DNA from: Anthoceros angustus
Taxonomy: Eukaryota; Plantae; Anthocerotophyta
NCBI GenBank assembly: GCA_010909165.1
Contig: MU008210.1
Coordinates: 124,001 to 188,000, forward strand
DNA length: 64,000 bases
Direction: 5' to 3'
Part shown: piece after piece, positions 10,781 to 20,042 of the stretch
Numbering within the stretch: the first letter of the stretch is position 1
Layout of the letters: the number at the start of each line of letters is the position of its first letter
Program-made: the position numbers and the translations under genes
Notes under the pieces: model-generated
Told to the model about the DNA's origin: nothing
The model's input: the letters and a program-made list of their open reading frames with translations, nothing else
The model's database searches: none

Positions 10781-10979
10781 ACCTTTTCTCCTCACCGGAA
10801 GGTCGTTTTGACCCGTTTCTTTTCCTGCATATCCTCTTTGCCTTCCAGGCACATGGTCCAACTCCGCTCAAAAGGAGCAAAAATTTCCTTGCATGTCTTC
10901 ACCAAACCATTTCTAGCAAAGTGTGGGCTGTTCAAAGCAACCTCATTTAAAGCTTGTTGCCCAAACTTTTCGTTCCACA

Positions 10980-11530
10980 CTCCATGATAGGTATGGACAA
11001 ATCAAACAATAGGAGAGGGCAAAGGATCTCAGCGGACCATCACCGGTGAGGAAGAGGGAAGGAGATAGGGACATCATGGTAGGTAGTCGCCTACCCGTAT
11101 GCGGACTACCGCGGTAGGGTGCCTTTGAAGGCATCGTCTGGGCTAGAAGATGGGCCATTCGAGTGCGCGGAAGCGCGATTACTGGATGGCAAGAGATCGG
11201 GCGCCGCCCATGACAGAAGAAGGCGGAAGCCCCAAAGGTCGGAAGGGGCAAGGTGGTGCCCCAAAGTCAAGGCGGGGAAGGTACTTGCCTAAAAGTCATG
11301 AGATGGGAAGACCAGTGACAAGGAAGACCAAAAGGGGATGAGAAGACCAATCAGGAAGGGCAGCCACCCCAGCAAGATAAGGGGCTTGTCAATGACCATA
11401 AATGAGCCTTGAGAATGGGAAGGATAGGTGGTGTAGGTTGGCAACATTAAGAGTGGCCATATGAAAGTGTCAACCCCATACATACTTATACTTAGTGCCT
11501 TAGGTGAACAAAGATCAAATCCACCATAAG
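10980..11530 (+). mobile_element. Fragment of a B-like giant LTR (end of accessory ORF and downstream purine run)
   Basis: Homologous to 37985-38410 (GATAGGTATGGACAAA..., AATGACCATAAATGA, GGAAGGATAGGTGGTGT). It is the flank and probable target of element I. Confidence 0.7.
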
Positions 11531-11534
11531 TTTC

Positions 11535-12290
11535 GTGAATGGATTGGGATCTCCCACTTGGATTACCTCAAACCACTTGACCTTGAGGACCAATGGCTCG
11601 AATCAGCACATAACTTTTCAATTATTTCCGCTACATTGCCATAGTATGTCCGGCCCGTCTCCATTACATACTTTGTACAAACTCATTTACATCTGCGTGG
11701 GCGCGACGGTCTTCATCTGCTGCAAAAGTGCGTAGGTGGCTAGCATTGCTCCACATGTGCCTGTAAGTAGTCGCCGAAATAGAAGGCCCATCCATTATGG
11801 CCACAACATCAGCAGTCAAAAGTACAAATGACTCCCACCTTCCGATCCCACCTTGCAGACCCAGCGGAAAGATTGCCTGTCTTCATCACCATCAAGTTCC
11901 ATTAACTCTTCGTTGTAAAGCTGTAGGAAGGGGTCAAGAACCATCGTGTGTCTCAACACAAAATTGTGGACCTGGTGGAGCTCCTTGCGCTACAGCCCTT
12001 GATATTTCAGCTTTACTCCCCAAAATTCAAACCTTAGCTACCAAGGGTTTGCCAGTACATGCAAATCTAGCAGTGATTTATGTTCGCCCATGATGTCATA
12101 CGTGGCTCCATCGGCCAGTGCCACCATTCAAACTTGATTTGCTATATCCAACCCCCTTTTGATGCATATATAGCCTTCCTGCATGCGCGCGAATTTCGAG
12201 GTCCAAGGAAGTTGCCTTCCTTGCTCTTCGAGATAATTTTCTTCCGCCTTTTCACCTGCCCGAAGACCAAGGGTCACCTACCCTAACCTC
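11535..12290 (-). pseudogene. CACTA/En-Spm transposase relic (DUF4218-DUF4216-like region)
   Basis: Manual translation across frameshifts gives ...MQEGYI..., VLRHTMVLDPFLQLYNEEL, YRHMWSNASHLR and YYGNVAEIIE.SYG..EPLVLKVKWFEV. The last resembles the YYG.I.EIIEL.Y....VLFKC.WF motif. Confidence 0.6.
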
Positions 12291-13518
12291 CTCAAGCTCA
12301 AAGGTTATCCTACTAATTACAACTCTTTACCAAAGACCAAGGACTTCCTACCTATAAAACTAAGCGTTGTTGTGATCTGCTTCTGGCGTCTCCAGCCTAA
12401 GGGTTATAGGTCTACCGGAGCTTCAAGTCCTACCCCTCCTCGATGCCAAGCAGTTGTCCTCTTGGTAGTCTGACTGGATACATCCTTGCTAAGTCGGACG
12501 ATGACTTCCTCTGCCTCACGTGATTTCCCCTGATTATAATCCCTTACTACATCCTAAGTGACCAAACTTTCTCGTTCCACAGATGCTCAAGAAGCTTCCT
12601 ACTCATCATCTACCTCAAGATCATCATCTGGCTGAACATTCTTCATCACTAGAAGAAGACAAGTAATGCGACGAGGAGAAGTCACTGCCTAAAAATACTG
12701 TGGGGTCATCTAAAGATGAATTAGAGGATTTGAGGAAGCAGATGGTGGAATCCCTTTACCAAGTTCTCCCAGGAGTCTTAGAAGATTTAAAGACTTGATC
12801 TGGGGCCTGACAACAAGATGAAGATGTGGAAGAACAAAATAGAGAGATTTATGTGGCAAAAGCAATAGGCATCTTCAAAGTGCCATCCAAGTTTGAGCAT
12901 GAAACTTTCTCTACCAGATAAGTATGAGGAGAAAGGGTCTTCAAGTCATTGATTATTGGATCTACTGCAGTGAAACTTATCTTGCCTCATATGGTCTTGA
13001 GCAATACTACTTGGGTACTATCGGCAATTTTCTAGGGTTATGCCTTGGTCTGGTGGAGGAGTTATGGTGCTAACTTTGAGGTAGTGGCCAGGCATACAAT
13101 CACAGAATGGACATCTTTTAAAGAAGCAACACCATAATGTTCTTTCCGTCGGAATAATGAGCGGTTCATAAAACATTACCGCGGTTCCTCTTTCTTGTCC
13201 CCTGCAGTTGGCTCTTAAGTAAGACAAGCAGCAATGGACACACTATGCATGCAAGACTCAATAAAGCCTAGTTTACAGGATACGGCTATTTCATTTAATG
13301 GACCGATAGAATATACTTTGGTGTTTTTTGGCCAGCACCATCGGTATATTTGTAAGAGAAAACATAAACATTTATTGATAATGTTCCGGGCACCGTTCAA
13401 GTAATTACCCTAAATCCATAGTAGGATGCCGGCATACCGGTGGCCTTGCACATAAAAACACATAGTCAAACCGCTGATAGCCAATGCTAGGTTTATGGGG
13501 CATTACATGTGTCCTGGT

Positions 13519-13625
13519 GTGGAGTGTGAACTTGTGTCTAGGGACACCATGAGGTCCACATTTACCCTCAATGTCGTTGTAGGCCTAGGATTCTCTCCCA
13601 AGGGAATGGTTTGTGCCAAGAGGCC
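13519..13625 (+). repeat. Inverted fragment of the family C LTR 5' end
   Basis: Reverse complement of ~17415-17519. Similarity starts exactly at TGTGGAGTGTGAAC. Confidence 0.7.
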
Positions 13626-13942
13626 TTCTTCTATCACTCGACCTTTGCCTAAGTTGGGACTTGCTATCACCTCTCCTATCTATCTACTCAACTACATCCT
13701 TTCGACTGCTAACTACCAGATCGCATTCCACCCGCTTAGAGCTACTACCACGGTGGTTCTCCCCACTACCGGGTAGTGGTTACAACTATCGTGGTGGGTC
13801 CCATACCAAACCCTAGCACCTCCTCTGCAGCGCGGCGTAGTTTCCTTTCACAGGTGGGTCTCACTCTGAGCCGGGTTTGTGCACTTTAGGCTCTATGCTC
13901 GGGCCAGGTTCTTAGAAGCGGAAGTTCCTAGGTTATACGTTC

Positions 13943-13965
13943 CACACACACACACACACACACAC
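13943..13965. repeat. (CA)11 microsatellite
   Basis: Direct reading. Confidence 0.95.
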
Positions 13966-14616
13966 CCAAACAAGGGAACTATTTTCTCCGAGAACACTAT
14001 TCCCCATGTGCACTTTCCACAGTGACCGGCTTGATTTCACAATTTCCACATACCAATCCCATTGTTAACCCTCAATCCGTTCTCCTTCTCTTTCCACTTC
14101 CGATCACACCTCGCGCCAGCATCTGACATTCGATCTCCTTCACCCGATCTCTTCTCTCTCTCTCTTTCCTCCTCGATGCACCCACAAGTTTCCATGATCC
14201 CTCAACACTCTCTCGATTCACGGGACACACGCAAGAACAAGGTGAAGAAGAACCCTCGGGCGTTCTGACGTTCTGAGCAAGCTCGGACCGCCCGTGCCAA
14301 TCCCTTGGTTTCCTCCTCAGCTTTATCGGAAGATTGCTCTATCACCTTCCTCCCCCGTTGGAGCAAGCTCTCGACCACCCCTAGGGCGTCTCGCGCCCAC
14401 CCTCATCAATCGGACGTCTCCACTATAGCGAGCGTGGGGATCTCAACCAGAAGTCTCTGCTGTGATCGGCTGGTCGCCCCTTTTGTACATCGGTGGGCGC
14501 CATAGCCCCAGTTTTCGGTCCTAAAAGCAGCTATCGTGAAGAGGCGCACCTACAATTTTGACGATCTTAGGTCGATGTGGCATCCTAACCAAATTCCATT
14601 CCTAGGATGCTATCAC

Positions 14617-17100
14617 CTATTTACCTCGCTGCTCTGCGCCCTTCCCGACTAAGCACCTTTGCGTCCTCCGCCATACAGCCCTCTCGCAGTCCCACAAGAC
14701 CTCCACCTCACTATCGCTGCTGGACGTCCTAATCGGAGGTATATCCTGCCCCTGAGCTCCCTCCACTCCAGCTTGCCGCCTATTGCTGAGGATTATTACA
14801 GGCTCTTCGTCCACCCACGCCTGGACTTCTTCCTCCGTTAGCTCCTCCAAAATCGCCTCCGCATAATAGGGGGCCAATCCCCACACTCGAGCGTAATGGA
14901 AGAAGTATCCACTTCGGGTCCTCACTTGCAAGGTAGATCCCTCCCTATTTCCACACGCACATGGACAGTGAGGTTAAGCACGCGTTCCCCATTCACATAT
15001 AGACCAGGGACATAAGTTTCCTCATCCATGTGCCGCAACATAATAGGACCCCCTGCTGTAGCTGAGGTGCTTACCCCTTCCTCCCATGGGCTACCCCTGG
15101 TCGCCTGATCCATGCCCTCGCGAGATGCTACGTCGCGTCCAGTCGCGCCGCTCATGGCCGCTTCAGAGTTGGGCTCTCCAATGTCGGTAGCAGTTTCCAC
15201 TACCGCGGTAGTGGACTCCACAACCGTCGTGTGTTCAGCAACTCTGGTTGGTGTTTCGGCTACCTCGGTTGCTCCTTCCTTTCCTTCGATAGTCCCTTCA
15301 CTACGATCGTGGGCTGCTACTTCTTCCTTTCCCTTCTCCTTCTGGCTCACGTACGCAAATCCGCTCAGCTTATGCAGTCCGCCAACTTATGGGCCTTCTC
15401 TCCACAGGCTGCCTCTTGCTCTTGGACTCGCAACAATTCCCCACATTTCTTGATTTGCCTCGTGGGCATCCTTGATCACAGGCCATGGCGCTTCTGCGAC
15501 TCGTCATGGTGCGCAACTCCTCTTGGGCCTACAAATCCTCACAATTTTGACCCTCGTCTCCTCTAGGGCCGCTTATCTTCCTCCAATTGCTTAGCTTAGC
15601 CTCCTCCTCAAATCGGACCTTCACCACTTCCTCCGCCTTGCACCTTGAGCCATGTGAGCCAGCGCCTTGGTCCAACAAATCAGCCGCTGGATCATAGATG
15701 TGGTTAGTTCCTGCAAATCCACTTGTTGAGGAGGCCCGCCTTGACGCCATTCCCTGTCGAGCACCTTCCTTCCAGTGAGTGCGCACTAACCAATTTTGCA
15801 GCGTCGACCTCACACCAATGGGTTCACAATCTCTTCCCATCCCGAGGAGGGTCCCTGCGAGGTCAACCTAATCCTTAGTCGGTTCGTCATCTGCATCCAG
15901 TCGGCAAAATTGTCTTCCTCGGACCGCGCCTCCTCCTCCTTGCCAAATCAATCGTTTGGCCTTCATTTCTTCTTTCTCTGCGGTACATCCGCCGTGGCCA
16001 GTGTCCACCTCACCTTCTTCGTTGAGCTGCGCCTGCCTCCCCCGGCCTTTCTCTTCCTGCTGGTGGCAAATTCCTTTTCCTCCTCAGCTGTTGCCACGGA
16101 CTCCCAGCGCCATTCTCCTCTATTTCCTCCTTGGGCTCTTAGCTTTCCACTTCACCTCCTAAGCAGCTTCCACATGTGAAGGGAGGCCACAATTCTACCT
16201 CCGGGGGCAGTTGGCGTGCAGCGTGCGGTGAACGAAATGGCGTGAGTGGGAGGGGAGGGGAAGGAGATCAAATTCAACCTCTCTTCACACACTTATCAAA
16301 AGAATTCGTCCCCAATCGATCCTGCCCTTGACAACTTCATGGAAGCTTGACAGATGGTAGACAAATAGTCACCTTCTTGTGCTATAGAAAATAGAGCCAT
16401 CGGCGGACCCATCTTGTGCTAATACCAATTCTCGGGTCAACCAGCCATTGGGCTCCGGTCACTTTGTCTTGACGGGGCGCTGCTGCATTCTGTGCTCCTT
16501 TTTCGAGAGGGTTCAATCACCAAGCCACCCACTTCCTCTTTGCTTCGCTCTAATTCCCTCGCCTGGTTGCTTGCCCTTCAGATGGCGAGCGCACTCCTTC
16601 ACCAGTCCCAAGTTCACATAATTCCGCCGCTTCTCCATGAAGCCAAGCCCCAGCTCTTGCACCAATTCCCCAGCTCGGACCTTCCAATGGTCTATATTTG
16701 TATGATCAATTTCAGTACTTAGGCGCCATTTCTCTGCGGCAACCTCACAGCCTCGGCGCCTCGAATCGGTGATGCCTCGCCTCGAAATTCTGGCGAGTCG
16801 GTCTCGAGGTTCCTACCTCCTCGGCCCCGCCGCCTGATGCGCGCGCCCTCCAGCCCGGCGTCGCGGCTCACGACCTCAGCGGTGAGGGTTGAGCTGCCCT
16901 TCCTCGCGTTCGCCCTCTCGTCCTCCAGCAGATCGCGGTACTCCTCCAGTCGCAGCTCCTCGTCGCCTAGCTCGCTCCAGCCGCTTCACGCTCCACTCTC
17001 GTCTGCTCCACCCGTTGCGCTCCACTCCTCGATCTTTGCTCCACCCGTTGCGCTCCACCCGTTTGAATCGTTTGATTCCTCCTCGAGTTTTCTTAGGGTT
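14617..17100 (-). pseudogene. Family C accessory ORF, distant homologue of the A/B LTR ORF
   Basis: Fragments PNGWLTREL and ...KGRIDWGRIL match NGW...KPDWG. VIKDAHEANQEM matches VLKATNELL/ILKANNEIL. Acidic C-terminal ORFs at 14922-15350 and 14617-14931. Confidence 0.55.
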
Positions 17101-17195
17101 AAATTCACGGAACTTCCCTCATATATCTTCCACGACTACTTCTCCTTCGACGACCGCTCCTTCCTTCATGTGAGTCCCATTCGCGTGGTTCTAAA

Positions 17196-19624
17196 ACATA
17201 ACTCACATTTCGGTCCGCAACCTCACACTTATTCGACTACCCCTGGTTGGATCGACCTCTAAATTATGGACTTAGCAACCTCTACCAAATGAGGACCCCT
17301 CCCATATATATTGACTTCCTACTCGATATTCGAAGACTAAAGGCCAAGGAATATCGAGTTTTGATCAAGGACCATTTATTATCTAACCTCAGACAAGACA
17401 CCATTCAACAGGTGTCTCTTGGCACAAACCATTCCTTTGGGAGAGAATCCTAGGCCTACAACGACATTGAGGGTAAATGTGGACCTCATGGTGTCCCTAG
17501 ACACAAGTTCACACTCCACACATAGACACTTTATCGGGGCCCGGCGATAATGTTTCTAAGCGGCTGTCATGCGTCTTGAAAGTGTCTCGCCTTCATTGCC
17601 TCTGCATCATCTTCCTCTATCCCATCAACCCGATCTTGAAGGCCATCTTTGTCTAGTGTTTGTTGACCCTCATCAAAGGTCTCGATATGTTCTTTCATTC
17701 TCATGGCGACAAGAGGCTGTCTGAGCCTTTCCAATTTCTTTTCACTCACGCAACCTCCTTGGCCCAGGCGAGATATTCCTCGGAGTGCGGCTCATGGGTG
17801 AGCTCCTCTTACGCATCGGCAATACTTCATATCCATGCACTCGCTGCGGAATGAACTCTGCACACCTCTTGTCGACCTCAATAGAAATACAATGGCGGCC
17901 AAACAACCACCATCAAAGATGTCCCACTCCACGAACAAGCATCCACTATCCGATCGCCTTCCTTAGAGACTTGATGAGTTTCATCATTAACCTCAAAAGG
18001 CCTTTGGTAGGCGGCGACAAGTTTGTCGAGTGAATGATATAACAATTTCTTCACCAGTATCGTGGCCAATCACCGATCTTCCATTGTTAAATGTACGCAA
18101 AGCATTCGGTAACATGATGCCGTTGCGGTCACTTGTCTTCCTCAAACCCCATCCCTCGTCACATACTCAGCGATGCCAAACCACCTTTGTCATTGTTTAT
18201 GTTTGTCTTGTCCCGGACAAGCGAAATGGAATCCCCATACGCACCACTTCCGCCTCCCTCACCAAATGGGCATCTTCAACACCATGCATGATTATCATCC
18301 GATCATCACATTACATTAAATCATGGAAGGCGTGCAAAACATTTCCACTTGCCAAACATCAAAGCGTCAAATGGTTGGGCCTTTCTCGAAACATAACTCA
18401 CATTTCGGTCCGCAACCTCACACTTATTCGACTACCCCTGGTTGGATCGACCTCTAAATTATGGACTTAGCAACCTCTACCAAATATGAGGACCCCCCTC
18501 CCATATATATTGACTTCCTACTCGATATTCCGAGACTAAAGGCCAAGGAATATCGAGTTTACGGTCCAAGGACCATTTATTATCTAACCTCAGACAAGAC
18601 ACCATTCAACAGGTGTCTCTTGGCACAAACCATTCCTTTGGGAGAGAATCCTAGGCCTACAACGACATTGAGGGTAAATGTGGACCTCATGGTGTCCCTA
18701 GACACAAGTTCACACTCCACATAGACCTTTATCGGGGGCGATAATGTTTCTAAGCAGTCATGCGTCTTCGAAAGTGTCTACTGCCTTCATTGCCTCTGCA
18801 TCATCTTCCTCTATCCCATCAACCTGATGCAGAAGGCCATGCTGTGTCTAGTGTTTGTTGACCCTCATCCAAAAGGTCTCCAGTATGTTCTTTCATTCTC
18901 TTGGCGACAAGAGGCACAATCTGAGCCTTTCCAATTTCTTTTTCACTCACGCAAACCTCCTTGGCCCAGCTGAGATATTCCTCGACGGTGCGGCTCATGG
19001 GTGAGCTCCTCTTACATCAATGCTTCATATCCATGCACTCGCTGCGGAATGATCTCTGCACACCTCTTGTCAGCCTCAATAGAAATACAATGGCGGCCAA
19101 ACAACAAAGCAGCCATCAAAGATGTCCCACTCCCTGAACAAGCATCCACTATCCAGTCGCCTTCCTTAGAGAATGACTTGATGAGTTTCATCATTAACCT
19201 CAAAGGCCTTTCAAAGGGTAGGGGCAGACGACAAGTTTGTCGAGTGAATGATATAACAATTTCTTCACCACAGTATCGTGGCCAATCACCGATCTTCCAT
19301 TGTTAAATGTGCCCTGCAAAGCATTCAGTAACATGACTGCCCGTTGCAGGTCACTTGTCTTCCTCAAACCCCATCCTACTGTCACATACTCAACAGTATC
19401 GAAACCACCTTTGTCATTGTTTATGTTTGTCTTGTCCCAGACAAACGAAATGAGTCCCCCCTTCTGGCACCACTTCCGCATAGCCTCCCTCACCAAATGG
19501 GCATCTTCAACACCATGCATGATTATCATCCGATTGATCACATTCTGTTAAATCATGGAAGGCGTGCAAAACATTTCCCACTTGCCAAACATCAAAACGT
19601 CCGTCGTTCGGGCCTTTCTCGAAA
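17196..19624. repeat. ~1.2 kb direct tandem duplication (17196-18390 / 18391-19624)
   Basis: Both units begin ACATAACTCACATTTCGGTCC and are collinear, with scattered small indels. Confidence 0.9.
17567..18390 (-). pseudogene. Partial duplicate of the DNA methyltransferase (lacks motif IV)
   Basis: ORF 17878-18069 contains SKEGDRIVDACSWSGTSLM. Acidic tail in ORF 17567-17749. Confidence 0.75.
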
Positions 19625-20042
19625 CCACGGGGTACATCCATCACAAACAAAGAGTGCCTTCTCTTCCTCACGTACCCTCGCATGTCGAGGATATCTCGTC
19701 CATGTACCTAATATTGCACCTTTTTCTCAGAATGTGGAATAGTGAATTGAAGGAGTCCATCCTCTATGTGTTGGTCGACTAGTTGTCTTTGCTCATCTTC
19801 TAAGCCCTTCCATGTGTTCACCTCATAAATGAATTGTTGAAAATTCTTAGAGCACTTCGTTAGCACCTCAATATCCTTCTGTTGCTGCAGACATGAAGGG
19901 AAACCAATATCAGCATTAGCTGCGGCCTTCAACCTCGAATCCGGAAGATGCCCGGCCCCGTTCCGGCTAGATGAAGTTGAGGGATCGAAGCGGCGTACTG
20001 ATGCCCCTCGATCCGCTCTCGCCTCCATGAGGCGGTGGCCAG
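18760..20042 (-). pseudogene. Beta-class DNA amino-methyltransferase (N6_N4_Mtase, PF01555-like), disrupted
   Basis: Motifs in beta order: VHGRDILDM; SLFVMDVPRGF (motif IV, 19621-19653); FVWDKTN...EYVTVGW; then RPLRLMMKLIKSFSKEGDWIVDACSGSGTSLMAALLFGRHCISIEAD (motifs X/I/II). One in-frame TAG at 19708-19710 and several frameshifts. Confidence 0.85.

Larger units (their letters stand above)
1320..10979 (-). mobile_element. Gypsy element I (family A): complete 5' LTR, internally deleted gag-pol, truncated 3' LTR
   Basis: Minus-strand order: LTR (10979-5928), PBS, gag relic, pol relics, PPT, LTR start (2308) running to ~1320. 1320-2308 matches ~10045-10979. Confidence 0.9.
5928..10979 (-). repeat. 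Complete 5' LTR of family A, 5052 bp
   Basis: Termini TGTGG (10979) and CCACA (5928). Followed by a PBS. Unrelated sequence begins at 10980. Collinear with 52462-59172. Confidence 0.88.
13630..17519 (-). mobile_element. Putative family C giant LTR (3' end not seen)
   Basis: Starts TGTGGAG. Contains a TATA-like TATATAT at ~17305 and a long accessory ORF. Same layout as the A and B LTRs. Confidence 0.55.

Noticed and set aside
12560-13480. Possible decayed Copia gag/integrase (RKHKHLL at ~13355 resembles ERKHRHLL)
   Set aside because: Only one short motif, with no other recoverable catalytic motif. Too weak to annotate.
17005-17062. Short CTCCACCCGTTGCGCTCCA repeats encoding ERNGW at the start of the family C ORF
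   Set aside because: Only 2-3 units, consistent with ordinary slippage.
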